Below, in pieces: positions 11,521 through 24,915 of a stretch of DNA of 64,000 bases; within the stretch, counting starts at the first letter, position 1, and every line of letters begins with the position of its first letter. The DNA comes from Squalus acanthias (Eukaryota). The notes beneath the pieces were generated by a model that saw only the letters and a program-made list of their open reading frames with translations, was not told where the DNA came from and made no database searches. The DNA is taken from NCBI GenBank assembly GCA_030390025.1, contig CM059436.1, positions 55,614,001-55,678,000 on the forward strand, written 5' to 3'. The position numbers were made by a program, and so were the translations under genes.

Positions 11521-14500
11521 GAATAAGGGGAGATGGGGTAATGTATCAGGTAGAATAAGATGGATAATTGTAATAGTACCTAAATATTTACATGGTGGTC
11601 TTTGTGGATGTATCAAACATGCAAATAATTGGAACCCCAAAATGGTGCATATATGAAGGATATTCTAATGGAACAATAAAGTAATAATATGAGTACCATT
11701 TTGGTCTGTTGCTGTGCAGTAAATGGAATTTGTAACAAGTAAATAGTTATTTGCACAAAAACTAGTATATTACTCTGAGATTCAGGGGTGATAACAGTCT
11801 AGTTCTCGACTAGGATGATCTCTTTCAGACCTGTCCCCCACCCCCACAAATATCTTAAGTTTAATAACCACGATTACAAATGATTGCAGGAATAATATTT
11901 TCTCTCTAGTTAATGACTGCTCTACGCTTCCAAGCTGCTTATGTAAGTACTGGCAAATGAGAATATGTAAAATATGTAGCTCTGTGCTCTATAAACTGTC
12001 AATAAATTTTAAAAGCACATAACATACTGAATATTACACATTTGTAATAATAGGCTGTCAGAATAAATTTCAAAACCAATTGAATATGTCTTGATTAATA
12101 CGATCTCTTAATCAAGTGAAAAAAATGTTAATCCTATCATTTTTGGACAGGTGTGAAAATGCCACTGTAAACATAGGAGGGTTAAAATGTTGTTGTCTAT
12201 TTAAATATTAATATCTATGTTCCAGAGCAGAATTTCACACAATTTCTTTCTAAAGGACAGAATGACAGATGTTTTAGAAACATGGCTTTTTGATTGTCTA
12301 AATGTTACGTCGATTATATTGCATTATGCAGGAAGTATGTTAGACTGCTATTTCAGTCTTAATAAATCACAGATGAAGTCCTTTTTTATAAATTAAATTT
12401 TTATTTAAATGAAACTGTTATGTTTGTATTTGAACTGACAGCTAAATCTGATAATTAGAACGTGCAAAGTTGTCTTTGATTGGCATTGTAATTGGATTGT
12501 CATTGGGCTGAAAACCTATTATCTTTGGATCATGCCCCATGAAATCTGTTGAAGAAACCTTGCTGCCAGTCATTAAGTCCACCATGTTGGCTTACAAATT
12601 AGGTTTTACTGAAAGTATTCTTACAGCTAGGGTTGGATTAGAATGAAATATTTGGCACAGTGCAGCTGCATTCTGAGAGATACAATAACATTAAAAGTGG
12701 TAGCTCATTTTTATGTGTGTCTCATGTCGCATCAAATTATTATTGATTTTTAGAAAGGAAATTTGTGCAGCATAGTAGTGTTATAGTACTGTACTGCCTT
12801 TTAAATAAATGAATGCAATAAAAGATATACCATTAAAACCATTTATTTTGTCACGTTAGGTCAATAGATTGTTTTAAATAATAAGTAAGAATATCCTCAT
12901 TGTTACTATTCACTGCACATGTTGGTTCAGTGGACTCAAATTTCATTGGAATCTTACTTGATGCATAATGAATGTTTGGATATTCCTGAAATTTCCCAAT
13001 TTTGGATCAATTGAGACATCTGGAAATATGACCCTGCCAGTTCAGGTGAGATCTATCAAAAAGGGATTACTTGTTGGACCTGCGTCCTTTCCCTGTTGCT
13101 AAAAACTAATGTTCTTATGTTCTAGGTAAGTGTAGCTTCAGGTTTCTGAATGCAGATGTAGTGGTTGAAAAAACATAAACTGTGCTAGAGAAAAGAATGC
13201 AAACAATCTGGATTTAAATCCAAACTTCAGATTTGAATTCACTTAACAATGCTAATCCCTACATTGAATCTGGCTAATTAGTTCCGGCAAACATGGATCA
13301 TTAGAGTCTTCAGGTGACGTGCAGTGACAGGGACAATTTATTTCCCTTTAATGCAACAATTTTTCTCTGGCTTCTTGTTTTCTTGCCACTGACTAGTTAA
13401 TTTCTGGATGTATAGAAAGCAGTGCTGTTGTCAGTAGAGACTTTGTTATTAAATTGTTGGTAATATTCTGACTAACCAACTGCTGTTTATACCCAAGTTA
13501 TACTGCATGTTTAGTGATATTGTTGTATGGGACAATTTTTTCATGATGGTCGTGGAGTGGGCATGAATGGAGCAGAACAGGATCTGAACCTGCCAAAATG
13601 TGGGATGCCTCACCCTGCCAATTATTCACATCTATTTAATATTTACAGCAAACTTTTGCCCCATATTGCTATTTAGAGTTTGCAAAGGCGAGATGGAAAA
13701 TTGTGTGTCAGCAGTGCTTAAAGGATTGCTGGTAAAATTTAGAGGGATGTAGACACTTAAAGGTAAGTGGCTGTATATATGGAGGTTGAGGAGAAATTTC
13801 AGCCTTTACAAAAACTCTATTAAAATTAACTTATCCAGCTTTTACCAGCAGGGCAAAAACATGCCAATCATAATCAAGTGGCAGCCAATATAAATGTGGA
13901 GGTAGAAAATAAAGTCTATGGACAAGTGATGAAGTGGAGCAACTCCTGAGTGCCTTGTTTGATGGATGCCAAAGTGCACTTGGCACTGCAGGAGGTGGGA
14001 GTGAGGAGGATTGACCTGTTTGCCACTCCACAGAGAACAGCAGAGCAGTATTCCAAGCAGGAAGCAGCAGCTAGGCTGAACATAATATGCACAATCTATC
14101 AAATCTGGAAACACATGCAGTAGATGTCACATCTGTCAAGGAAAGACTACCCAACAGTACCATTTAGAAGGTATCTGGCACAAATATGCATGCTACAAAA
14201 CATTGCCTGTCAATCTGTAGCCCATTTCCCACTGTCGCACAACCTTACAGCTCTTTGATTGCTTCTCATGCACACCCGTACTCCAGTAGGGCACATGTTT
14301 GCGCTGAAACTTAACAATTGGCACACTCTGATCCTTAAAGTGTTTCATGTATAAAAGCACTTTAACACAACATGATGCATGGTCACTTATTGATGCATAG
14401 ATGGACTGCAGGCTGCAAATATATCTCTGTGTGTGCCCCTTCAATTTACAACATTTAAGACTAATTCTATGCTTGCCTGACAATATTGCACAGAATAGAA

Positions 14501-16200
14501 CATACTTGAACTGGTAGAGGGCTCACAAATTATGTCTTGCATTCCCAGGAGGTCACTGCATATGGAGGGAGTAAGGGAAGGTGGAGCAGCATTCTTCCCC
14601 CAAGCTCAGAGCTGGTATATTCCAGTTTTTATGCCTTTGTGTATACTGCCACACAGGCATGCATGACCAAACAAACATTACACACAGGTTAGTATCTTCT
14701 AATGCGATCTTTGCACCAGTCTTGCAGCCAGTATTCTAAGATTTTTTTTCGCTCTGTCATTGTAGACCTGCAACAGGAACCTTCCAGACGACCAGTGGCC
14801 TAACTGAAGACAGCAGCTCCCAGCACTGCATCCCTTCTACCAATGGTTCCAAGCAACAGCACAGTTACACACATCCTGGAGGATGCACTTAGTAATCCTA
14901 AGAAGATAGAACTGGGTTAATCACCACTGTACACAGGTGTGGAGAAGCAAGTGGTGGTGGAAATGGAAGTGCAGGTACCTTATGCTATTAATGACCCTTC
15001 TACTTTGGGAATCACAACAGTGCAGGTGACATTGGGCAGCTGTGGCATGCTGCTGTCATTCTTTGCTGACAAAGGAGATGAAAGTGCTGGACATGCTGAC
15101 CAATGCTTCAGGCATCAGTCACCTGTGTACTACATGTATGGCTAGCACATTGGTTCATACTATGCTAGCCTGGAAAGAGACAATGACAAAATGTAGTGGC
15201 ATATTGATGACCTTGTTGCCAATGGTAATGCAATCTCTTTGTTGGAGATTAACTGCAAGTGTCCTTGCGGCTGATGGCACAGTTGCACACCTGCAGATAT
15301 GGTTGGTGGCAAAATAGTAGGTGCTGCCTGTCTGCCTCTGGTGCCTGCTGAGCTCTTTGGCATACCTTCTTTCTTGTGCCATTTTAACTATGAAATAATG
15401 AAATTGCGTTGCTTTTAAAGCAACCCCCATCATCAATATTAAACTGTCCTGCCTCTGCAGCATGTATTCGATGGCTTGTCCTCCTTGAACTGAAATAAAT
15501 GCTTGTATTCTAATTGTCACTTTTCATGCCCACTCTTTTACCAGTTTCCTATTCTGCTGAAGTTTTGTGAATGCTTCAGTCACAGTGATTCTGCCAAAAA
15601 GAAATAGTTGTATGTTTGCTTTCCAGAGAAATATGCTGACCATTTCTGATGCTAAAAATACTGAGAAAAAAACAAAACAAGCCAAAAAGAAACAACAATA
15701 AAATGCAGCAGTAAAGACCACTGGCAGAAAAAAATCACTAAAAATAGCTCTGGCACTTTAAGAGCCCTTTTAAGCATGGCGTCTCTCATTATGCCCACTG
15801 CAGATTAACAGGTTGAGTGTACAATGGTGTCATACCATAAATTAAAAGGTATGCACTGCCTTTTGCATTAAATATAAAAATCATTGCATAAAATGTGTGA
15901 GAGCAATCTACATGGGTGTTAAGCTTGATCGCAAAATCGTAGGCCGTGGGATTCTAGCAAGGACCATGCAGGATCAGAAAGTGTTAAATCTCCCTGTCTC
16001 CGCCTGAATTAGGCTGACGGGAATGTCCCCGCAGGTTGGAAAATATACCCCATGTTTTTTTGCACTGCACTGATGTTAAATGTATAGTATAATGCTACTA
16101 ATTTCACATTGGTAATGAGACCATCTGGGAGAGGTGATGTCATACTACAGTGGTGAAATGCAGCTGGTGCACAGTCCACTTTTAACATTTTAAAATTAAA

Positions 16201-17386
16201 GGGGGAAACATTCGTCCCCTTAGCACCGCCCGTTAGCGCCAGTAGATGGTGCTAATGCGGCTTTGAGACCAGTACCAACAGGGCGAGGCGAATCCAGCAC
16301 CGCATGCCAAATCGGGACCCCACAGCGCTGCCGGTAACAGCTATCGCCAGGAATGGCAGGGAGATCGTGATATCAGTGTGCAACGCTCACTGAATGCCCG
16401 GTTTCCCAAATTGCTTTTAGTCACTTGCCTCACCATCTGGAGTAAACACCGACAGGGAGAGCTGGCGTGCAGCACCAGGAAGCCGGCTGCAGGGACGTTA
16501 TTTAAAGGGATCATCAGTAATCACTCACACCTGTCAGGTTAGTGCAGTTTCAGTGGCTTTTTATTAGTTTCAGTTACTGCAACAGTTTCATTGAGTAATT
16601 TCAAGGTTCTTTTGTATCAGGAGTCTTGTGGCAACTAAAAAGTAGCTACATTTATTCTTCAAAGATTCAAACTGCAACACTTGGTAAGATTAATGGGGGC
16701 CATACAGACAGTCCACCTCGCCCTCCAGGATCTACGGTGGAGGGAGTGGAGGCAGTGAGAAAGACGGGAACATGTGCGCAGAGAGATGAGGACGAAGACA
16801 AGGAGGAAGAAGACAAGGAACAGGAGGGAGGGAGGAGGCAGCCAGACAATTGGGCTTCTGGACGGGTGGTCCGTGATGTGGTGTGCCACCTGCCTCCACA
16901 TAGTGTGGCAGACTTGTGGCGAAAGTCTCCTGCCAGTTGGTGGGTACAGGACTTGCCTGCCTTCTCTCCACTGCTAAAACCAATGCCTCCAAAGCTTCAT
17001 GGGAAAACCTGCGGGGGCTCTCCCTGGGGCGGTGATCTGCCATGAGGATTTGTAAATAAGTGCTCCTTGTCCTCCTTCTTATGGTTGTTGAGGTAGCTGC
17101 ACAGCCAACAATGCTGAGAATGAGGTGCTGCAGCATCAGTGAACCACCACTTTAAGTAGTGAAAAAGGCCTGTGGCAATCATGAGTTGCGATTAGACTGC
17201 ACCCGATATTGGTCCAGCCTTTAAGTGTAATGCCAATGAGCTTGGGTTTTTAGACTTGATTTAAGACTCCAATCATTTTATTGAGCACTAATTTTGCGTG
17301 CAGTCTAGAACATTTTCACCTGGTGCTAATTCACCATATTTTGTCCTAACACTGCTCATTCCTTGGCTATAATGAATTTCTAGCCC
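16201..17386. mobile_element. PIF/Harbinger internal-deletion derivative carrying a Myb/SANT first exon (minus strand, about 16880-17043)
   Basis: Imperfect TIRs gggggaaacattc and gaatttctagccc. Minus ORF reads MADHRPRESPRRFSHEALEALVLAVERR. It is an inverted homologue of 19133-21669. Confidence 0.8.
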
Positions 17387-18169
17387 TTTCAAAGTTTAAT
17401 AACTATTTGAGTGGTATGTTTACGGGCTCTGAATGTCTAATGATAAAGGGCACATTTGGAAATGTCATCAGCAGTTGTAGGCCTGTAAGCTGAGGTCTGT
17501 GAATGTATTTAAGTGCACGTGTGCAGAGCTCTGCTTTCACCGATTCAAGAACAATGAAAGCAGATAGTATAAATGTGTCTGCCTGTTCACATTGCTCTCG
17601 GAAACACTTCAGATACTGCACCACGCTAAACAGTATACCTTAGATATTAATGTTGCATTGTGCTCAGAATGCTCTTTTCTGTGTCACGTTTCTCCATTTA
17701 AAGCCTGTATTTTACTGAAATGCCTGTTTTCAGGAAGTCTAGCAATAAAATGGAGCAAAGAGACTCCACCAAATCTCCATCCCTGAAAATGGCTGTCATG
17801 ATTTTCCTCCCGTGACCTCACTGTGGCCATGATCCGTCTGCCAGAGATTTCAATTAAGTGGGGGCATGGACGTTTGCCCCCAAAATTTCCCTGCATTTCC
17901 ACCCCCTTACCGCCCCTGGAAAATCACCGCTGAAACTGTATTGTGCCCCACAGGCAGGAAGAGATTGGGAAGGTAAGAGATCATGCAGGAGTGTGATTCT
18001 GCAACATTGTTTTGGCTGGGAGTCACTTCCACTGCTTTGAAGCTGCAATTTCTGAGCATTTACAGATACTTTGTGAAACTTGCTGAGAATTTAAAGGGAG
18101 CTCTGCAAATAATGCATTTCCCGCTGGAGATTCAGAAGAACATAAGAAATCTCCAGTGGGAAATGCATT

Positions 18170-19035
18170 ATTTATACATTTCAATTAGGTCCCCCCTCAG
18201 CCTCCTCTGGTCCAAAGAAAACAACTCCAGACTATCCAGTCTTTCCTCATAGCTAAAATTCCCCTGTCAAGGCAACATCCTCGTAAATCTCCTCTGCACC
18301 CCCTCTAGTGTAATCACATCCTTCCTGTAATGTGGTGACCAGAACTGCACGCAATATTCTAGCTAGTGTTTTGTACAGTTCAAGCATAACCTCACTGCTC
18401 TTATATTCTATGCCTCGGCTAATAAAGACCTCGGCTAATAAAGGCAAGTATCCCGTATGCCTTCTTAACCACCTTATCTACCTGTCCTGCTACCTTCAGG
18501 GATCTGTGGACATGCACTCCAAGGTCCCTCTGATCTTCTGCACTTCTCAGTGTCCTACCATTTATAGTGTATTCCCTTGCCTTGTTAGCCCTCCCCAAAT
18601 GCATTACCTCACACTTCTCCAGATTGAATTCCATTTGCTACTGTTCTGCCCACCTGACCAGTCCATTGATATCTTCCTGCAGTCTGCAGCTTTCTTCTTC
18701 ATTATCAACCGCACGGCCAATTTTTGTATCATCTGAAAACTTCTTAATCATACTTCCTACACTCAAGTCCAAATCATTGATATATACCGCAAAAAGCAAA
18801 GGACCCAGTACTGAGCCCTGCGGAACCCCACTGGAAACAGCCTTCCAGTCACAAAAACACCCTTCGACTATTACCCTTTGTTTCCTGCCTCTGAGCCAAT
18901 TTTGGATCCAACTTGCCACTTTGCCTTGGATCCCATGGGCTTTTACTTTGGTGACCAGTCCGCCATGTGGGACCTTATCAAAAGCCTTGCTAAAATCTAT
19001 ATAGACTACATCAAATGCACTACCCTCATCGACCC
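18170..19035 (-). mobile_element. CR1 LINE ORF2 RT fragment (pseudogenised)
   Basis: DVVYIDFSKAFDKVPH, SGVPQGSVLGPLLFAVYINDLD, KFSDDTK, MEFNLEKCEVMHLG. Confidence 0.95.
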
Positions 19036-19448
19036 TCATCTTAGTCCTAAATGGCTGACCCCTTATCCTGAGACTATGCCAGGGGAAACAGCCTCTCAGC
19101 ATCTACCCTGTCAAGCCCTCTCAGAATATTATGGGCTAGAAATTCATTATAGCCAAGGAATGGGCAGTGTTTAGACTAAAAATTATGAATTGGCGCTAGG
19201 TGAAAATCATCTAGACTGCACGCAAAATTCATCCTCACTCCTCATTAAAATGATTGGAGCCATCAATCTAGCCTAAAAACCCAAGCTCATTGGTGTTACA
19301 CAAGTAATGATTGCCACAGACTTTTTTCACTGCTTAAAGGAGAGGTCCATTGATGCTGCAGCACCTCATTCTCAGCATTGTTGGCTGTGCAGCTGCCTCA
19401 ACAAACATAAGAAGGACAAGGAAAAGGAACACTTATTTACAAATCTTC

Positions 19449-19691
19449 ATGGCAGATTGCTGCCCCAGGGAGAGAGCCCGCAGGGTTTCCCATGAGGCTT
19501 TGGAGGCATTGGTTTTAGCGGTGGAGAGAAGGTGGCCGGTCCTGTACCAACCAACTGGCAGGAGGCCCTCACCACAAGTCTGCTGTACTATGCGGAAGGA
19601 GGTGGCACACCACATCACGAACAGCAATGTGTTCCCCAGGACCCACACACAGTGCAGGCATAATTTTAACAAGCTCACACGGGTGATCAGG
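19449..19691 (+). CDS. Harbinger Myb/SANT-like (trihelix) DNA-binding protein, first coding exon
   Basis: Open 81-codon frame MADCCPRERARRVSHEALEALVLAVERRWPVLY...RKEVAHHITNSNVFPRTHTQCRHNFNKLTRVIR, followed by the canonical donor GTGAGT at 19692. Confidence 0.75.
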
Positions 19692-20675
19692 GTGAGTGAA
19701 GACTTCAACAAATACCACATACCACCATCTGTACCACAAGCTTCACACACTGTTCAATCCACCACACCCCCACCACTCACCCACCAACAATCTCTACCTA
19801 CCAACACTCACACCAATATCTCACACCTTGCACACAATGACAACTATTCAACTATGGCAGGCACAAGGGTCATTAGTTATTAGAATGCATGTGATATGTT
19901 TAAGCATAAATTTATTAATAGAGTTTGGAATATTTTGTGGTTTCACCTTTGCACCCAGGAGGACACTGTGATATGGCATGACACAGGGATGGTCTGATGG
20001 GGATGTGGTGAGCAATGAGGATCTGGGGTTTCATTCAAATCAGAGACTGATGAGCCGGTCACGGACCGCCCGTCCGGAAGCCCGATTGTCCGGCTGCCTC
20101 CCTCCTGTTCCTCATCTTCTTCCTCCTCCCTCTGCGCACATGTTCTCATCTTCCTCGTTGTCTTCACTCCCTTCGCCGTGGATCCTGGAGGGCGAGGTAG
20201 ACTGCCACTACAGCCCCCATGACTTTTAGCAAGTATTGTAAGTTGAATCGTTCAAGAATAAATTTTGCAAATTTCTACTTGCCACAATACTCCTGATACT
20301 AAAGAACCTTCAAATCACTAAATAAAACTGTTGCAGTATCAGGAACTAACACACAGGCACTGGAACTTCACAAACCTGTCAGCTGCGAGTGATTGGGGCT
20401 GATTCCTTTAAATAACGTCCCCGGATCCGGCTTCATGATGCTGCACGCCAGCTCTCCCTGTCGTTGTTAACTCCAGGTGGTGAGGTAAGTGGCGAGAAGC
20501 AATTTGGCAGATCGGGCGTTCAGTGAGCATTGCACACTCACTGACGTCACGATCTCCCTGGCATTGAATTCCCTGGTGATCGCTGTTACCGGCAGAGCTG
20601 TGGGGGGGGGGGGTCCCAATTTGGCGTGAGACGCTGGATTCAACAGGAGCTGTCATTACAGCTCTCAACGCTGTA

Positions 20676-21617
20676 ATGATTTGGATGAGGGAACCAAATG
20701 TAATATTTCCAAGTTTGCTGATTACACAAAACTAGGCGGGATTGTGAGTTGTGAGGATGATGCAAAGAGGCTTCAAGGTGATTTAGACAAGTTGAGTGAG
20801 TGGGCAAATACATGGCAGATGCAGTATAACATGGATAAATGTGAAGTTATCCACTTCGGGAGGAAAAACAGAAAGGCAGAGTATTATTTAAATGGTGATA
20901 GATTCAGAAATGTTGATGTACAAAGGGATGACCTGGGTGTCCTTGTACACCAATCACTGAAAGCAAACATGCAGGTGTAGCAAGCAGTTAGGAAGGAAAA
21001 TGATATGTTGGCCTTCATTGCAAGAGGATTTGAGTACAGGAGCAAGGATGTCTTACTACAGTTATACAGGGCCTTGGTGAGACCACACCTGGAGTATTGT
21101 GTGCAGTTTTGGTCTCCTTACCTAAGAAAGGATATACTTGCCATAGAGGGAGTGCAGCGAAGGTTCACCAGACTCATTCCTGGGATGGCAGGACTGTCGT
21201 ATGAGGAGAGATAGGGTAGCATTTAGAAGAATGAGAGGGGATCTCATTGAAACGTATAAAATTCTGACAGGGCTAGACAGACTGGATGCAGGGAGGATGT
21301 TTCCCCTGGCTGGGGGCTCTAGAATGAGAGGTCACAGTCTCAGGATATGGGGTAGGACTGAGATGAGGAGAAATTTCTTCACTCAGAGGGTGGTGAACCT
21401 ATGGAATTCTCTACCACAGAAGGCTGTGGAGGCCAAGTCACTGAATATATTTAAGAAGGAGATAGATAGATTTCTAGACGCAAAAGGCGTCAAGGGGTAT
21501 GGGGAGAGTGCGGGAATATGGTATTGAGATAGAGGATCAGCCATGATCATATTGAATGGCGGAGCAGGCTCAAAGGGCCGAATGGCCTACTCCTGCTCCT
21601 ATTTTTCTATGTTTCTA
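20676..21617 (+). mobile_element. 5'-truncated CR1 (HER1-type) LINE with intact 3' UTR
   Basis: [46 protein letters not shown]. The 3' end is ggagcaggc...gggccgaatggcctactcctgctcct plus ttctatgt repeats. Confidence 0.95.
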
Positions 21618-21669
21618 TTAGTGCCATCTGACGCTAACGGGCAGCGCTAAGGGGACAAATTTTTCCCCC

Positions 21670-22400
21670 TTTTTGTTTCAATGAGATCACCCCTCATTCT
21701 TCTAAACTCCAGAGAGTATAGGCCCATTCTATTCAATCTCTCCTCATAGGACAACCCTGTCATCCCAGGAATCAACCTAGTGAACCTTTGTTGCACCCCC
21801 TCTAAGACAAGTATATCCTTCCTTAGGTACGGAGACCAAAACTGTACACAGTACTCCAGGTGTGGTCTCACCAAAGCCTATGCAAGATTTCCTTACTTTT
21901 ATACTCCAACCCCCTTGCAATAAAGGCCAACATACCATTTGCCTTCCTAATTGCTTGCTGTACCTGCATGTTAACTTTGTGTTTCATGTACAAGGACACC
22001 CAAATCCCTCTGAACACCAACATTTAATAGTTTCTCACCATTTTAAAAAAAATCCGTTTTTCTATTCTTCCTACCAAAGTGAATAACCTCACATTTCCCT
22101 GCATCATACTTCATCTGCCACCTTCTTGCCCAATCACTTAACCTGTCTATATCCCTTTGCAGACTCTGTGTCCTCCTCACACCTTACTTTCCCACCTAGC
22201 TTTGTATCATCAGCAAACTTGGATACATTACATTCGGTCCCTTCATCTAAGTCATCAATATAGATTGTAATTAGCTGAGTCCCATGCACAGATCTTTGTG
22301 GCACCCAACATGAAAATGACCTGTTTATTCTTACTCTGTTTTCTGTCCTTTTAACCAATCCTCTATCCATACTAATCTATTACCTCTCCGCCCCCCCGCA
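21670..22400 (-). mobile_element. CR1 RT fragment (continues at 19036-19132 across the Harbinger insertion)
   Basis: [39 protein letters not shown]. Confidence 0.9.
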
Positions 22401-22499
22401 CCCCCCCCAACCCCATGAACCCTTATTCCATTGTTCTTGTGCTTTGAGGAAGAGGATGATGAGGATATGAAGGAAGAAAGGATGGAAGCCAGGGGAGTG

Positions 22500-23400
22500 C
22501 GGCATGTCAGCACCATCTGACCACAGGTATCTGCACCACATGGTCTACAGACCACAGAGGTCCTGTTTGGATTTTTGCTGTGGGCACTGTCTGAGAAGGT
22601 TGTATTTACCCCCTGACACTGTGACAGAAATATGCCAGCTATTGGAACCTGACTTGCAGCCTCTCTCCACCAGGAGTACTGCCTTAACTGTGGCCAAAGC
22701 ACAAAACCTTTATGCATCTGGATGCTTCTCGGTGTCCTCTGGTGACATTACTTACATCAGTCAGTTAGCAGTTCATTGCTGCATTAGACACCTTACAGAT
22801 GCCCTGTCCAGTATGCCTCTGAGTTCATTCACTTCCATATTGACCCAGTAAAGCAGTGAGAGATCCATCAACTTTTTCCAAGTGGCTGGATTTGCACAAG
22901 TGCGGAGTGCCATTGATGCCGCCTATGCGGATATAAAGGCCCATTTGATAGCCCAATAAACTTCATAAACAGGAAGGGATTTCACTCCGAGTGGCCAGAT
23001 AGTAAGTGAGACTAGCCACTTCATTATGCATGTCAATGCCTGCTACGAGTAGTTGTGATTCATTTATTCTCAGGCAATCCAGGATACCTTAACTGCTCAG
23101 CCAGAGCAATGTTACTAGTTGATAGGAGACCAAGGGTACCTGTTTAATCCTTAGCAGCTGACCTTTTGGTATCCAAAGATGGAGCCCAAAAACAGTTTCA
23201 GCAAGGCCTTGAGAGCTCCCACAATTATTGCAGAAATTCCATCGGAATTCACAAGGCCCATTTATGATGCCTGGACAAGTCATGAAGAGACCTATGGTGG
23301 AGCCTGCAAGCAGTTCCAGAAATGTAGTGGCTTTCTGCACCCTCCATAATGAGGCCATTTCAAAAGTACTGGCCTTCCAAGCACAGACGATGAAGGCAAA
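22500..23400 (+). pseudogene. Decayed HARBI1-like Harbinger DDE transposase
   Basis: VYRPQRS, CLRRLYLPPDTVTEICQLLEPDLQP, YASG, ISQLAVHCCIRHLTDAL, then GFAQVRSAID, INRKGFHS, LIGDQGY and CTLHN, broken by frameshifts and stops. Confidence 0.85.
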
Positions 23401-23499
23401 GAAGGTCCTGGAAACCAATCACTTGCACAGGATGAAAAAACCCAGGAGAGAGAAAGGAGATGGGTCCAGACACATTGCCACCAGCAGCACATGCCATCA

Positions 23500-24915
23500 G
23501 GCAGGAGATCTCCAATAATTGGGGTGCTTTTAAAGCCCATCTGCATGACACAATAAAGCCCTTCAGGGTCCCTTGTCTTGCTCTCAGACAACCATTCAGC
23601 TAATCTGTAATACCCCTAATACGCTTGCTGTGAGAGGACAGTTACAAATATTAACTACCATATAAGAAGGATAACCTCCCTGGAAATAAATACACAAACA
23701 CACCAAGTTGCCAGAAATGTACATGTTTACCATCATGTTCCTTCATTGTGCCTCACTCCGATACCTCTTATCACCATGACTACCCCTTGTGTCTAAAACT
23801 CTTCACTCATGACCCTAACCTCTTACTCCTATGTGGTGTTACCTTAGTGAGAGGAAGTTGAGGTTTGTGTCTGGGACTGTACCAATGGAGCCCTTGAGGA
23901 CTGAAATGGCATTCATCTCAGTGAAGCATATGTCCCTGAAGGACCTTCATCTGGTATCATGTTACTTGCTATTGGGCCCAGGCCAGCACCTTCCTCTTGT
24001 GCTAAGTTTGGAAGGGAATGCATTGGTGCTGGCGCAGTGACAATGCCATGAGGAGCAGCAACATCTGCACCCATTCTTTGCAGCTCACTAGTGCTGGGTA
24101 TGGGGTCAGCCGGGCTAATGATCTGCATGAGAGGAGGTTGATAAGTCCTAAAAACACTGAGGTAGTCTGCTCTTCAGGCCATCTACGGAAGCAGTCATTG
24201 TTGCCACTCTGGAAGTAACAACTGCCCTTAGAACCTCTTTCTAACATTTTGAGGCTGCATTGATTCCAGAACTGCCAAAGTCACCAAAGGGATTCCTTGC
24301 ATCATGGCATGACATTGTATTGCAAATGAGGGTTGTGGACTCTTCCAACATTCCCACAATCTGCATGAAGGAGACTGTCACTACTGCCTGTACATAATAC
24401 GCTCCTGAATCATAGACTAGTCCCCTGAGTCCTTGGTCCTTGCGTTCCCCAGCTGAGGTCAGCTGTTTCTGCCCTCTCCAATGAGAAACAGCTGGTTCCT
24501 CATCATTCCAATAAATTCAACTCCACATCCCCGTTGCTCACCACATCCCCATCATTCCATCCATTTTGTATGCCATATCACTGTGCAAAGCTGAAATGAG
24601 AGACAGCACAAATTCTGCAAAATTCCATTAATAAATTTATCAACATTCAGTAAACACATATATACAACAACAATGTTAACTAATCACCCTTGTGCAAACC
24701 CTTACTTCCCCTCTTTACAATCCCTTTTCCTATTCTACAGCTCTTACGTGGTCTGTGCCCAGTGGCTGCAGCAGGGCTGGTGGAAGGCTGCTGAGTGTCA
24801 GTGCCAGAGACTACAGATGGCCTTTCAGGACGCCGTCGAGCAGCTCTGAGCTTGGAAGGCCCGGCTGTACACTGCACCACCTCAGGCTGGGCGGTGGCTG
24901 TCTCGCGTGGCTGGA
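23500..24915 (-). mobile_element. Harbinger internal sequence (3' part of the Myb-gene side), host site of the provirus
   Basis: 24510-24640 is the reverse-complement homologue of 19905-20035, which lies inside the Harbinger element. Confidence 0.5.

Larger units (their letters stand above)
19133..21669. mobile_element. PIF/Harbinger deletion derivative inserted in a minus-strand CR1 and itself interrupted by a plus-strand CR1 (20676-21617)
   Basis: Ends are gggctagaaattc (19133) and aaatttttccccc (21669). The flanks rejoin into CR1 sequence (ccctctcagaatattat / tgtttcaatgagatcacc). Confidence 0.8.

Noticed and set aside
14900-15340. Faint resemblance to a LINE endonuclease (GGG, VGD.N motifs)
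   Set aside because: It is too degraded to support a call by eye and would need a profile-HMM search.
20047-20095. CTGATGA followed by a small stem, a possible hammerhead
   Set aside because: No GAAA box follows the stem and there is no helix I/III pairing.
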